Shown piece by piece: positions 42,263 to 57,783 of a DNA stretch of 64,000 bases. Positions within the stretch are counted from its first letter, which is position 1; each line of letters begins with the position of its first letter. A program made the position numbers and the translations under genes. The stretch is from Octopus vulgaris. Taxonomy: Eukaryota. The stretch lies in assembly GCA_951406725.2 (NCBI GenBank), contig OX597820.1, forward strand, positions 48,422,001-48,486,000. The letters are read 5' to 3'. A model generated the notes under the pieces. That model made no database searches. It was not told the origin of the DNA and was given only the letters and a program-made list of their open reading frames with translations.

Positions 42263-45200
42263 TATATATATATATATATATATATTCTTAGTTTCGATCC
42301 AAGAATCGCGGCCACAATCAGATACATATAAACTCATTCTCGTTGTTGCTCATAGTTTCTGTTTCCTTTTACTTTTTTATATATTATTTTATTTCTCTCT
42401 ACCTTCCGTAATTTTTACCACTTTTTCTGTTGTTTCTATCGCTTCCCACATTCCAACATGTCTATCATCTCTACTTTCCTGCACCACCTGCATTTCTCCT
42501 CTGAAACTATTCTTTGTCTCTTACGTTCTTTCTATTCCAAAGTATGCCTCGGTTTCACTTGTCTTCTGTCCTCTAAAACATGTTACTGCAGTCACATCCC
42601 CTTCATCTGTCACTGCCTGCTACTCCATCTCATTTCCCATGGTTTTCGATTCGACTTCCATTACATTTTCTCTACTAAAACTTTCCATTAAACCCATTCT
42701 CTTCTCCTAAATCCACATGCCTATCACACTCCGTTCTGCTTTTCCCAAAGCACCTTCAACTAGTTCCATTACTTGCATCTTCCTCCTGGTTCGTCCTCTT
42801 GTCATTTACCACCTGAATCGTCAAATTTGCCATTTCATCGCCTCCATTACGCTTCGCGAACTGAAACCCACCCCATCCTTCTCGCAGTCCCAAGTAACAT
42901 CTACCATCAACGCCACTCCATTTCTCCTACCCTCCCTTGTCCCTCCCACTATTCCCGCCCTTGTACTTCTTACAATTTACTAATCCGTTTGTCTGTCCTT
43001 GTTTGTCCCCTCTGTACTTCTTAAAATTTCCTTAGTCCCCTTTTCCAACTCATATTTTTGTCCCATTTCTATGCCAAAGTAAAATTTGAAGCCAACCACA
43101 TTCCTTCCCCCTTTCAATATTACCTTCATTTAAGCGAGTCCACAACCTCTGTAACAGTTCCTAACTTTTCCTTCTTTTAACCTTGTCATCCTCCCACTTT
43201 GCTACTTTTTTCGTTGCCATACCTTCCTTTACCTCTTAAACACCCATGTATCTCTAGTGACCTGACAAATGTGCTCCTATTTTGCCCTCTCTAATTTTAT
43301 ACCTAATGGATGATAGGTTCGAAAGCAGCTCAGAAACATCCGACTCGGCAACGGGTCTCCTGTCTCAGAATATTTTCACTCCACTGATCAATTCTCTGAC
43401 GTATCCAGGTTGTTGGAGCGGCTGCTCTCACCCTGTTCTCCCAGCACTCGCCTCCAGATGGAACAGCTTATGATATCTTCGAACATGTACGGCATTTAAC
43501 CTGAAATCTCAAACTTTTCTTCCTCTTCCGCTCTAACATTATACACGTTTTTCGTTGATCACTCCGCCTTCTGTTAAGCCGATCTCTTGCCGCCCATTGA
43601 CACTCCCACCTCCCTCACTACCTTCCAACCGATCCATATAATCTGAAAACATTAACAAAGTTTCATCATACACAACTCCCTCACCGCATCTTCACACCTT
43701 TTATATAAACACGCGCCTTTCATCTACCCTATTGTCTCGTTGATATAACATTCACAGACACATACCAACGCAACTTCATGTTGACACATACACACACATC
43801 TCTTCACGTACTCCACTTCTGCAAATTTAGACTTACACTCATGGCCATGCATCCACCATGTCGTCTGCCCAAAATTATTTCCCACTCACACACATACTCT
43901 CGCACTCATAGTTTCTCATTCACATACTTTTCTTCTTCCCTCCCTACCTCTTTGCTTGTCGATTGTGTTTCACACCTTTGCCACCAACATTTAAAATTTC
44001 TATCAAATGTGCACACTCACACACACACACAAGCGCGCGTACTCACACATACACATACACGTATGCACGCGTGCACACATCACACAAATACATGTACACG
44101 CTTAGAGGCCGGCAAAAGGAACTGATGGAATAAGCAGCGGGCTTATAAAGATATCTATAATTACGAGGCAGGGACAATTTCTTCGACGAAAACCCTTGGA
44201 GTAGGTGACCTAACAAGGCTATAGTCGAATGATTGAAACAAGTAACCGATAAAAGATATATGATGATCAATATTCCAAATAAATTCATGATTTCTTAAAA
44301 CTACCTTCGTTTCTATAGAATGAAGGCAACCACCTAACTCTCATTGCAACAGACTTTGACATTGAATGAAAGTTAATCTGGAGGAATTTGCAATTTTCCG
44401 GTGTTTTTTGGAGACAAGAGGGTGGCTCTACATCTATGGGCTCTCAGTTTCCTTGTTTAAGAATTTGCTTTAAATTTCATCCATGATATTACTGCAGCTG
44501 AAGTTGATGCGCTGCTCTCTTGCCGAGTTTGAAGTTTGACGGAACACATGAAAATAATAAAAGTGATTAAGCCATGGCCAGTTTTGTATAACTAGAAGTG
44601 CGTTATCTAATGCTTATTTATCTTTTGTAGAAGACGTGTTCCATTTGATAGACATTTCAGTTATTTCGTGATGGCTGAACGACAAAATAGAATAACTCTC
44701 TCTCTCTCTTACATTCAGGTTTGTTTTGTAGGCAGAAATAGCATCGAGGAGAGAAATACAGGAATCAGCCATAGAATTACAAAAATAAACTTCGCTTTTT
44801 GTCGCGAAACCTGTTAGTGCTTTCTCCTTAATTTCTACCACTTGGGAGACAAATACATTAATAGAGTAACACGCTGGACATATTACTATATAACCAGCCA
44901 GGAAGAAGAAAATAAAAGGCAAACTTTGAAGCTGTTTATAATTGGGTACCAATCAAATTTCGCACTAAAATAACTAGAATACAATTTCCAGGTCACTTGA
45001 ATTGAACAGAGAATATATTTTATCAAGGGCTTTATATATTTATTTATAATAATCATTTTACCTTTAATCTTTCTCATTTTATAATTTATTTATTTACTTA
45101 TTCATTTATTTATACCCTTATTTTTGCTGAATCTAAGTTTTATGCTTCGTAAAACCTGACTGATGGCTTTTATAAGATATCAAATCATATATAACTGTCG

Positions 45201-45538
45201 ACTACTTAAATAAAACCCATTACTATATCCAACATCACGAACACCAGTATTGCCAATATAGCTAAAATAACAACATCAACAACAACAAAAGCATGTGATT
45301 ATCATCATCATTATAGAGAGTACAAAAAAATATATAAAAAACAAGGAAAACGTACTATAAGTAAAAGTCATCCAGTCATTTAGTTGATGTTAACATCTCT
45401 CCTTTCATTATATTTCCTCTGTTTGATGTCCACACGTGGTGAGATTCGTTTGCGGTCAATGTTCAACAAAGGGGAAATAATACGTAGAAATAAAAACCGA
45501 TACGGTGAGAATGGCAATTACATACACACATAGCGATA

Positions 45539-45540
<2 letters not shown>

Positions 45541-45587
<47 letters not shown>

Positions 45588-45643
45588 GTGTATAGAGGTG
45601 TCCTCGTATACACACACACACACGTGCACACACATATACACAC

Positions 45644-45691
<48 letters not shown>

Positions 45692-45771
45692 GTATGTGTA
45701 TATATATACATATATATATATATGTATATATATATGTATATATATATACATATATATACACATATATTTAC

Positions 45772-45803
<32 letters not shown>

Positions 45804-45859
45804 GTACATATATATATATACATATATATATATTCATACATATATATACATGCATACAT

Positions 45860-45914
<55 letters not shown>
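45541..45914. repeat. Compound (TA)n/(CA)n tract, representative of dozens across the window; (TAGA)n at 628, 25432, 33054
   Basis: Read directly. Confidence 0.95.
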
Positions 45915-45916
<2 letters not shown>

Positions 45917-46329
45917 CATACATAGCATCAATGCGTTTGTGTGTACATATAAGCATATATGAATATGTAAACTTATATATATATATATATATACATATAT
46001 ATATTTATAATTATATATGTACGTATATATAAATTGTTGCATACAATATATACAAAAACAGTACGCGTGCTTAAATTCGTACATGCACATATTCGTGCAT
46101 TAACGCATATACATATAGACTTAGAAACATACATAAATACATGCAAGCATACTCACATGTATATCTGCCAATACCCCGTTCACATCAACCCCCATCTGTT
46201 ACGCCTAAGCAGATGAAAGGGAAATTCTGGAAGAGATTATAATTAGTGAAGTTGATTTCACTATATGGGTTTGCGTTTGACTGCGTGTCTGTATAATTAC
46301 ATGCTTGTTCATGTTCATGTATATATAGA

Positions 46330-46367
<38 letters not shown>

Positions 46368-46918
46368 TGTACATCAAACGGAAGCGAGTCAAGAGAAATA
46401 GCTCAGAATCGAGAGAGATACGCATGTGAATTACAATGACGAATTAGGGAATATTAAACAAATTAAGTAGTACACAATTTAAATTCGTAATCCTGTTCGT
46501 TTTTTGTTATTACAATACTACGCACTGGTCAATATGAATCGTTAATTTTTGTTTATTTTCACTTTATTTATGTAAATTATCTGAGTCATTTGGTAGAGGC
46601 AAGGAAAGATAACTGCTGTGCTGGAAACAACCGTTGAGGCAATCAATTCTGCTGATCACCTGAGTCTGTTTCGGAATATGCAATAGTAACAGGTTCATAA
46701 ACCGCGTTTATCCCTGCATTGAAGAGAAGATAGTATACTGCAGGCGTACGTGTATGTTTAGTTTTCACCACGAGTATATTAACTTAATCTATATTTTAAA
46801 TGATCGGAGATATATATATAGGTTGTTGTTTTTGATGAACTGAGTATTTGTCTGCGCGTGTATATATAAATAGTGTTCTGATGCAATGATTTATTGTATT
46901 CGAAAAGGCATTGGTGTT

Positions 46919-47774
46919 TACATAAGTGGTATGATCAATAAGTGCCCGGATTGTTGCCATATTAACGAAGTTAGAGTATGCAGAGTGAAACCGCTTGTCA
47001 CAGACTGATCTTGAAATATGTTGTGCATGCGCACTGAGTTTAAACGTTCTAGCTCCCAGCCACTGTTTACAGCAGTGCATAGAAAGAAGGTGTGTAGCGC
47101 GTGAGCGTCGCATTGGCCATGGCTGAGGATCTGCCTCAAATTTTGTAAAAAGCTTGGCGATACCTGCTCAGGGGCGTACGCAAAATTTTCAAAATAAATC
47201 ATCGTTGTCGACACAATCAAGGAGATCTAGGAAACTAAAACCCGAGTGTCTTTTTGGTAAGCTGAAAGCTGTTTTGGCACAAACTTGGCAAATCTTCAGT
47301 GATAATGGACTGAACTGAACCGTAACTAATCTTCACATCTGATGATAATTCACGGATGGTGATTCGACGATTTCCCCTCACAGCTGCTCGCGCATCTGCG
47401 ATATTTTTCTCAGTTCTGTTGGTTGCAGCTCTCCCAGAACGTTCGTCAATATCGACATTTTTCGGCCATCTTGGAAACGTCTGAAACACTTGTACACTTG
47501 GGTGGGGATCATATACTCTTCTCCATTACCTTTCTTCAACATTGCTTTGGCATTTGAGCAGGTATCACCATGACAACTTTCTCTGTCATAGTGAATGCAA
47601 CGATCACACGCTACACACCTTCCTTCCAAGCACTGCTGCAAACAGTGGAAGCTAGCTAGAATATTAAAACGTAGTGCGCATGCACATTAGAGTTCAAGGT
47701 AAATCTTTGCAAAGCAGCCGACTCTGTTTCGTTACTGTGGCAACGATCCGGATACTTATTGATCAGACCTCGTA
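46919..47774. mobile_element. Mariner-derived element made of two 5' ends facing each other
   Basis: TIR-like ends TGATCAATAAGTGCCCGGATTGTTGCC / GGCAACGATCCGGATACTTATTGATCAGACCTCGTA. Plus arm encodes RICLKFCKKLGDTCS; minus arm encodes GDTCS..FRRFQDGR..DERSGR..NRRITIRELS. Confidence 0.8.
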
Positions 47775-50480
47775 TATACGCCTTTGAATTACAAATGTCG
47801 TCCAGTGTCAATTGGGATACCTGCACCTTTGTGTTTGCATGTGTGTATGTGTTTGTATGTTTGTATAATATATGTAGTCTGTGAGTACAAATGATTTGTA
47901 GTGCGAGCATTTATATTTCGTGTGAATAAGTGTTTTAAACCCTGTTAATGTGCACATGTGTGCGTATCAATGGAGGTGTTTGTTTGCAGCATGTGTAAGC
48001 TGTAATATTTTCCAGTTGACATGTATATGTGTGTGCGTGTTTTGTTCTGCTTTTGTGAGTTAAAAGCAAAATCAGTGGCCAAGTTCAATATTTAGAGTTC
48101 AATATTTACATCTGTAGTCACGCATATGTATATGAGTTTTTGAGTTAATGCATTCGTTCAGACAGTTGGCTGGCTCTCTGTGTAGCTAATAAGCGTATAC
48201 GTGCATACTTCTAAGTGATTGCTTATTTGTGGTTTATATAGTATTGAAAGTCAAGGTTAAGTGAATTGTCAGTGCTTGGGCGTGTGTTAGTGCATGGCTT
48301 ATTGTATACGTACGGATATTTCTGTGGTGCGAGCGGGGCAGATGATGTTGGTTTTGGTACTGTTGTCATATAAATGGTGTTGGTAGTGCTGGTACTTGTA
48401 TTAACTATACTTTCAGCGATAGTATTAGGGTGGAAATGGTCTTGATTGTAATTCCATAGTTGTTAGAGCATGTATTCTTGCTGGAGTATGGGTGTTGGTG
48501 AGAATATTCATTCCTGGGGATTATGGCCGTAATAGTGAATGGATCTTATTGTTGGTTTTAAGGATAGAATATGTGAGTCGTATAGCAAAACATCTATATC
48601 GGATAAAAAGATTTGCGATATTTATTCATATACTTTTAGGCTCTGAATTCAAATACCACCTCGAACAATTTAATGGGAAATCATTTCTTCTAAATTTGAT
48701 CCCTTGTACCTAATTTGGAAATTAAATTTGAATTTTGAACTATAATACAGAAAGTGTATATTTACAAAAACGATCATTGTAGCGTCAGCTTCCGAAATTA
48801 TAAAAATAGCGGCTGTAAATTAACTGAATTCAAGTAGAGTATAAGAAGTAAAATGCATCAGAATAAATCAATGGCCTTACATTTCAACACATGTCTTTTA
48901 AACGTTTCTCGCCGGATCCGGTTAAGTCCAGAATACCTGCCAGATGGCAACTGAGATGACGTAACAAGCACTGTGGTGAATCTTACACAGGAAACTGCTG
49001 CACCAGTAAAGCAGATTTTATCAGCGCATACATTGCTTTGTTGTCGAAAATAAGAGCGATTGTTGCAATTTTTGCACGTAGTGTCAGACTAATTTGGAGA
49101 GCTTCTTTATTGTGAATGAAGTAAACTCACCTGGAAAATTTTCATGTCAAGCATTATAGAAATCTTCGAGAATCTTGTGGCCTGGCAGTGCTATGGGTGG
49201 TGGGAGCAATAGATATCCATGTCTATATGCACAGTCAATTCATTTTATTTGTCAGAAACACGTATATAAATATCTATCATACTGCACTATGTGATGTACA
49301 CCGTTGTTGGTCACTGGTTCCCCGGAAGATAATTATTGGTTCATTTCATTTACTACGGTTAAAGTGATAAGGAATTCTGCCTGTAAGAGACTTACGTAAG
49401 AAAGCATCGGTTTATCTCTCTGAAACTCTTTAAGTGATATACACACACCACGGCAAGATATAGATATATTTACATACATACTCAATAGAGAATAACACTG
49501 ATGCTCAACAGCCGGGTAACTGTATGGGTATAGGTGAGTACGCTGAAATAGGAATGCATGTCATCGGTTACTAAGGACTACATTCGTAAAGAAAACAAAT
49601 ACAGAGATTTAGTTTCATTAAGATTTGCTAAATGGCGATTTGGAAAGCTTAATTGACAAAGCAAATTCCTACAGAAATTTGAATTCCAGCAATTCAACGA
49701 TGTTACGTCTAGGACATTTTTCGTTGGAATAGCAGTTATATTGACAGCTTATTAAGTGAGTAAACAAAAATTCGTACTGTATGGGTTTTCTTAATGCATT
49801 ACCCTATATACATAGTAAATCTGGAAGATGCTACAGCTATTTAATTATTATATACATACATGCCTACATATATATATATATATATATATATATACATGCA
49901 TATATATGTGTACACAAACGCACATACATATATATGCATACACACACATACATACATACATACATACATACATACATACATACGTACATACATATATGTA
50001 TACGTGTGTAGATCTGTGTTTGTGTCTGTGTGCGTAACTGCGAGTGTATATATAGGTAAGAGATTTACGCCATTATCATTTGAGAGTTCAATAATGGTTG
50101 TCACAGCGAATTAATTTCCATGACAATTCTAATTCACAGCTAATACTTTTCGCTAAATTGACGACTACCTTCTTAAAGAATATTTTCATTATTATTGGTG
50201 TTTTTTTTTTAATAATTATCCTATTTTAAATAATGCTGTAAATCGCTGAATTGATACTTATGCCAGATTAAGTAGCGCTAACGGGTAGAATATTATGTCA
50301 CAATAAAATTGTCTTGATCTTTTTATTCGCCTCCTACTTAATGTCGTTGCATCCAATATCCTTAATAACATTCATAATTCACCATGTTAGGCTTTCTTTA
50401 TCCCTCTACCTATTTATATTTATTCATACATATATGTATATATATATGTATGCATACTTACATATATATATGTATATATA

Positions 50481-50539
<59 letters not shown>

Positions 50540-50862
50540 CATAAATACATAGCGACATACATACATACATTTGCATGTTTATGTATATAAATATGTGTAT
50601 ATGAATATATATATATATTTATATGTCATTCAAAATAGCATTAATTACTAACATTCATGTAGTCATACCTCCTAATTTCCCAATGTTTCTCTCAGGGCCT
50701 TTCTGTGTTTCTGTTATCTATCTATGTGCCTATGTATCTCTCTCTCTATCTATATATCTATCTATCTGTCTCTCAGTCTGTCTGTCTGTGTATATACATA
50801 TATACATACGTACACACACACACACACGCACACACACATATGTATGTATGTCATTATGTATG

Positions 50863-50927
<65 letters not shown>

Positions 50928-51016
50928 AAAGTTTACGAAAAAAAACAAAAGACGAAGACAGGTGGCGTACAAAACAAACAGATGCATTAGTATAGCGCTC
51001 AGGAATAGAAAATGTA

Positions 51017-51050
51017 TTTTACGTTTCGAGCCTACGCTCTTCTACAGAAA
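51017..51050 (-). ncRNA. Hammerhead-like motif with CUGUAGA core
   Basis: UUU-CUGUAGA-A-GAGC GUAG GCUC-GAAA-CG-UA-AAA. Confidence 0.5.
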
Positions 51051-51684
51051 GGTACACAGAAAAAAACAAGGAGAGAAAATAATGTGTGTAGTGGCTAATA
51101 TATATATATATATATATATATGTATCTATGTACGTATGTATGTATATTCATTTTTGTATTTAGGCTCTTGGTAATTACTCGTTAATGCTGTTTATACATA
51201 GAAAATGTGGCAGTGTTCGAAATAGTTTTTGTTTTTTATCCAAGTTCAGATCGATATATGTGATGTCCACTTTGAACTTACAAATTTGAACTTACAAACT
51301 TTAGAGAAATAAAGACAGTCATAAAATCGCAGTCTGTTGCGGGAAAAGTCGTATGAGAATGTGAGACATTTTATTGGTCACAAGTGCTAGAAAGTGGGAG
51401 GTCTTTTGAGTGAGACTGAATAACCTCTATGCAGTAAACACATTTATCAAAACTATGACCGTTGACCCTTGCCAAAGCGGTGAGCTTCCATTGATTCGAG
51501 ATTTTGTGTCTTGGAAACATGTTTATAGTGAGTTACTTATTGCATGGTTGCCAACCAGGTGTTTTTACTTTTTTGTTTGATTGGGATTTTAGAATACTTA
51601 CATGTGTTTCGTCACATCACACTTCATGATTGCGTTATGTGTCTTTGCTCTACAGCTTTTATACACACATTTTTCAATCCTCTC

Positions 51685-51747
<63 letters not shown>

Positions 51748-51754
51748 TAGATAA

Positions 51755-51786
<32 letters not shown>

Positions 51787-51809
51787 TCTGTCGTGTCTGG
51801 GGATAGTCA

Positions 51810-52083
51810 TATTCTGTCGTGTCTGGGGAAGTATTTTTTTTTTGTGCCTTATAATGTAACACACTCACCGGTAAAATTTCCACTTATTTCTTATTTTTAT
51901 TTTCCTAAAATTTTCGTTGCGTCTTGTAACCTTTTCGATAGTCAAAAGACTATTGAAAAGGTTGCAAGACGCAACGAAAATTTTAGGAAAATAAAAATAA
52001 GAAATAAGTGGAAATATTACCGGTGAGTGTGTTACATAACAAGGCACAAAAAGAAAATGACACTCCCCGGACAACAGACTATG
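51810..52083. repeat. Long palindrome, ~130-bp arms, AAAA loop (51944-51947)
   Basis: ..CGTTGCGTCTTGTAACCTTTTCGATAGTC AAAA GACTATTGAAAAGGTTGCAAGACGCAACG..; outer parts are more diverged. Confidence 0.95.
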
Positions 52084-52141
52084 TTTCAACGCACGATCTC
52101 ATATAAAGAATCTTGCAAACCAAACCCCAAAACGGAATTTA

Positions 52142-52480
<339 letters not shown>

Positions 52481-52673
52481 TATATATATGTCTTCGAAAC
52501 ATATGTCGAAAGTAAGAGAATTTGAATAGCATCTGCGTTCAACTCCGTTTATTTACTTTTATATATATCTATATATATATATGTGTGTGTGTGTGTGTAT
52601 GCATGTATGTATGTATGTATGTATGTATGTATGTATGTATGTATGTATGTATGTATGTATGTATATATGTATG

Positions 52674-52719
<46 letters not shown>

Positions 52720-52948
52720 TAAGTAGATAGATATATGTATATAGGCAGATAGAGAGAGAGAGAGAGAGAGAGAGACATACAGAGAGAGACAGAGAGAGAG
52801 ACAGAGAGAGAAATATATAAAGTACGATCTATTCGTGGTCAGAGGCATTCGTAAGCTGAGGTTTCTACGCTATTAAAGGAATATGAGAAAGTCAGGAGAT
52901 AAAGTACGACTTATTCGAGATCAGAATTGTTCGAAAACAGAGACTCTA

Positions 52949-52995
<47 letters not shown>

Positions 52996-53007
52996 CACAG
53001 AGAGTGT

Positions 53008-53220
53008 CACGAGGGGTTGCCGATAAGTTCTTGGTTTTAAGGGTATAACGAAAAGTCTGGTTGGAAGCCCAATCTTCCGATTTCTTTTACACAGCTTAGA
53101 AGACCCGCTGTAATAAGTCTGTGAATCTGAGAGAGGAATATCCTGAATAAAATCATAATTAACAGATCCTTCTGTATTTTACTTTAGTAAAATCCAGGTA
53201 GTTTTCAGCATCGCCTCGTG
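53008..53220 (+). mobile_element. ~215-bp mariner-derived MITE, copy 2
   Basis: Ends CACGAGGGGTTGCCGATAAGTTCTTGG / CCAGGTAGTTTTCAGCATCGCCTCGTG. Interior reads KSVNLREEYPE*, like a mariner C-terminus. Confidence 0.75.
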
Positions 53221-53374
53221 TGTATACACACACACACTCACACTCACATATGCATGCACACATGTGTGTGTTTGCGCGTGCGAGCGTGTGATAGCTATCT
53301 CTCTATCGATATATATATACATACATATATGTATACATATATATGTGTGTGTGTATGTATGTATGTATGTATGC

Positions 53375-53412
<38 letters not shown>

Positions 53413-54666
53413 ATCAAATCAACATGCAGAATAAATGGAGTGTGAAGCTAAGAATTTAGCATGACCTTTTAGATATATTTTTGAAAAGTAGTGAGGTAAT
53501 GTGCATAAAATCGTTTCCGTAATGTATGGAGGCATTCTGCTATTCTATATTTAAGAAGAATAAAATCTCATGCTCCATTGAAAAGGTGAAATCAGTTAAT
53601 GGCATTAATGCTTGCCGGGAGATAGTCTCCTTAGTTTGGTTGTAGTCGAAATACATTTTAACTCAACTCATCATAGGAGCTGTATATAATGTATGTCGGT
53701 GTCAATGCAACAACATCTTTCTACGCAAATCTAAAGAGTCAATGATCATTCTTCTTACGTGAAAGCTTGTCTTCTTGGGAGAAGCAGCGGTAAAGATAGA
53801 AATATATAGAAGCAAGAAATAAAGAGAACAAAATTGCGAGATTTTGTTCGAGAGAACTATACCTAAACGAATGATAGATGATTTTGATGGAAATTTCTGT
53901 TACTATGGAGTTCATAGACCCCCATGGTTGGGTAGCTTAAAAGGAGCATATGCTAGATGGAATGAAAAATTTTTGTCGATAAGTTCAAAACAGGAAGATC
54001 ATTTGCAACAATGTGTAAGGTAGCAAACCACTACGAGATCTGGATCAAAGAAAACTGCACTGATGTTTAGAAAGAAATATATGGTTTCAAAGATATGAAA
54101 AAACGAATTTATTAACAACAGAATCCGTTATCTCTGATGCGCATGAAGGCTCTAGCTATCAATCAGCATGTTAGGAGAGAGAAAACCTGAGCAATGATAG
54201 GAAAACAAAATCTGATGTAATGTATTTTTGTGGCTTTCTCATTAAAGATTTGGTAATTATGGTCTATGCGGTATCTTCAAAACTGTGCAAACCACAAAAA
54301 ACATCTCTTACGTTTCTGGCTCTTTCAACTAGGCAGTAGAGTGCAGTAACTTTCACTAAATGTTTTATAATATAGCGTGATAGATATATAGAATGATGGA
54401 AGTTAGACTGTCTTTGTTACAGAATTGCCAGACCCTTCATCTCCTGCAGGAACGGCGAAGGCTGGGAACTGATATAGTCTACATATGAAACAAAGTACGT
54501 TGATCGAAGATAGGGTGAAGAGCAAATCACGACTGACACCAATAGATCAATAAAGTAATATCTTTGGCATCAGTCCAAGAATTGCATATGTTTATCTATA
54601 TACACGTATGTATAAATGCAAGGATCGGTATACATACATGCATACATACATACATACATACATACA

Positions 54667-54702
<36 letters not shown>

Positions 54703-54703
54703 T

Positions 54704-54854
54704 AGAGGTAATGCAGTACGATCGAATCATGCAGCTCCATTTAATTGATCAATGCAATCATTACTCTACAATTGCTCTACATTTTAAATTGATGCAATGA
54801 TTGCATTGTTCAATTAAATGGAGTTGCATGAAACGATCGTACTGCATTACCTCT
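54704..54854. repeat. Inverted repeat, ~59-bp arms, ~33-bp spacer
   Basis: AGAGGTAATGCAGTACGATCG..CAATGCAATCATT / AATGATTGCATTG..CGATCGTACTGCATTACCTCT. Confidence 0.9.
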
Positions 54855-54940
54855 TGATATCTTAGTTGCTATTTTAATACCTTGCTTTGATTGTATGGAT
54901 AATACCGTACTAAATTCTGGTGCCTCAACTATATATATGA

Positions 54941-55023
<83 letters not shown>

Positions 55024-56249
55024 ATATACATATATGTATATATACACCATTTATCGTTTTCTTGGAGTGTGGCCATGCTATGACACCGCCTTGAGAAACT
55101 TTTAGTTGAAATTTTAAACCTGGTGTTTAATCACTTTGCTGAACCGCTAAGTTACGTGATGGTAAGCACAACAACGCCAGTTGCCTACAAACCACTGCGT
55201 TTGTAAATTGTGATGGATGGAATCATTTAATATCCTTTGACATCATAATACCTCGTTACTCAATAGGTTCTTACACGAATCTTCTCGTGCAAACACAGAT
55301 TTTACTCCATTTTTGCCCGTTACGTAAAGTCTTTCATGATCTATCCTAAGTCTTTACTTATTATTTAGCTATGGTAGCAGCATTTTCTGTCTCTATCCTC
55401 CTTCTACCATTATCAATATCTCGGCTGTCTCATCCGATATCTTTACCACTGTCCCTTTCGTTCATTGTTTATCTCCTCTTATGTCTTTGTATTAAGAGCA
55501 GCTACTATCCTTAATTGAATTATTGTCTGCTTAGTGAAATTCCTTAACCCCGATTGGGGCTCAATTTCTACGCATTGATCTTAACGTTACTTTCTCCCCC
55601 TCCTCTCTCTCTCTATCTCTATCTCTCTCTGCTTTACTCTACTCTTCACATAATCCCATGTCACAGAAATCGCACTCCCTCTCCTTGATTTTCATTTCTA
55701 CTCAACCTCTGTTCCCCCTTTCCTCTGTCGCATATATTATCCTCCCTTTCCCTCCATTTTCTTCTTATATTTCCTCCTCTCTCCCTCCCACCACTGCTCT
55801 CTTCATGCACTACTTTATGAGGTACTTTGCCAATTTTATTTTGTTGAGGGCGACAGAATCTAATATAATATCTGCGTGTGACTGTTTACTGGTCTCCTAC
55901 CCTAGAGTTTTTGCATATTCCATCTATAAATTAAGAATATTACGATTATTAGGAAAATCTCAGTTTCCTGAAACAGCTGTCGAATTAAATTATCTATTTT
56001 CACCTTACTTATTCCGTATCGTCTATGGTCAATGTACATATATTTGTATATATGCACACACACACATGTATGTGTGTGTGCGTGTGTGTGTGTGTGCATA
56101 TCTTTGTAAACATATGTAGATATATATAACTATGTATATATATACGTGTGTGTGTGTGTGAATGCATATATCTAATTTTGTCTAGCTGCATTAATACCCC
56201 TATCTCTCTCACATCCCTACAGATATATATATATATATACACACATATT

Positions 56250-56297
<48 letters not shown>

Positions 56298-56750
56298 AAA
56301 TACTTCATTAAATTTTTAAATTTCTAATTCACTCTATGTTCCTTTTAGAATGTCGCAGCGCATTCACGTGCTCGGTGTAGTGAATATATTCTGAAAAATA
56401 GTAGAATGCAGTAAGCTTGTCTGATGATCCTAGGTGCTTGCGTACAAAAGGAAAAGTCCATTGATTACAAGATATCTGGTCTTTACTTTGTAGTTTTTGC
56501 AAGCGTAAGGCTATTTTTTCTTATATTCATTATATTCACAGTGCGTGTTTCTTAATAGTGAGAATTTTGTGGCTTTAGAGTGTTGACTCCTATTTCTAGC
56601 AAGCTGGTAGTTCGGTGTGCTATTTTATTTCTATATTTTGTCTATTTAGGTTAAACTTGCTGGCCACTTATTATATTATTATATATTATTATTATTTCTA
56701 ATAATGGTAATAATATTTTATTATATATACATGTATGTGTGTGCGTGTGA

Positions 56751-57100
56751 AGGGGCGTCGAGCGTCGAGCGTACGATCGTGAGGTTGTGAGTTCGATTCC
56801 CGGACCGGGCTGCGTGTTGTGTTCTTGAGCAAGACACTTTATTTAACGTTGCTCTAGTTCACTCAGCTGAAGAAAGGAGTTGCGACCGCACTGGTACCAA
56901 ACTATATAAACCTTTGCCTTTCCCTTGGATAACATCGGTGGCGTGGAGAGAAGAGTCTGGTATGCATAGTTGACTGCTGGTCTTCTATAAAAAACCCTAG
57001 GTTGTGCGTTCGTTGGTGAGGCAACTTTCTGCTCAGATTTGTACCCAGGACGGGAACCTCTTCCGTGCAATTACGGTCATTCGTGACCAACGTAGTGGAG
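56751..57100 (+). mobile_element. tRNA-derived SINE
   Basis: B box GAGTTCGATTCCC followed by TTGAGCAAGACACTTTATTT..GTTGCTC, shared with 24336. Confidence 0.7.
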
Positions 57101-57224
57101 TTTATGTATATATATTAATATGTGTGTCTTTGTGTGTGCGTGTGTGTGTGTGTGTGTGCACGTGCGCACGTATGCGTATGTATGTATGTATGTATGTATG
57201 TATGTATGTATGTATGTATGTATG

Positions 57225-57295
<71 letters not shown>

Positions 57296-57710
57296 CAAGT
57301 TCGAGCCAGGCTTAAATGATGATGCAATGGAAATTGCCGAAACTGATGCCAGTATAAAGAATCCTCAATCGGCATATTTTGCACGATTAAGGTCACTGTT
57401 AATTCATACGTTTACATTATGTACGTTGAGAACTTTAGTAGACTATTTCAGCTCATATTTCTAGCAATGTAGGTGCTTCTAACATCCTAGTCACATTTAG
57501 TGACACTTATAATATTCCCATCTTGTGAACATTGCAAACTGCTGTTCATTCTACAGACATACATATATACAAATATATATTTTTTCTGCTAGTTTCAGCT
57601 CAGAACTGCGGCCATGCTGATGCACCGCCGTTTTGTGCTACACTGTTATTACTAAGAGCCTCCTCTAATATGTGGCACTTGGTGAAGAATAGAGTTTGAT
57701 ATTGACCCTC

Positions 57711-57783
<73 letters not shown>

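Noticed and set aside
52496-52512. GAAACATATGTC hammerhead 3' half
   Set aside because: The 5' core is absent; too little to call.
53440-54560. Possible host exons in complex sequence (also 12480-12750, 42300-43600, 44300-44900, 48850-49700, 60100-60900)
   Set aside because: No sustained ORF or recognisable motif; probably very old TE remnants and needs a homology search.
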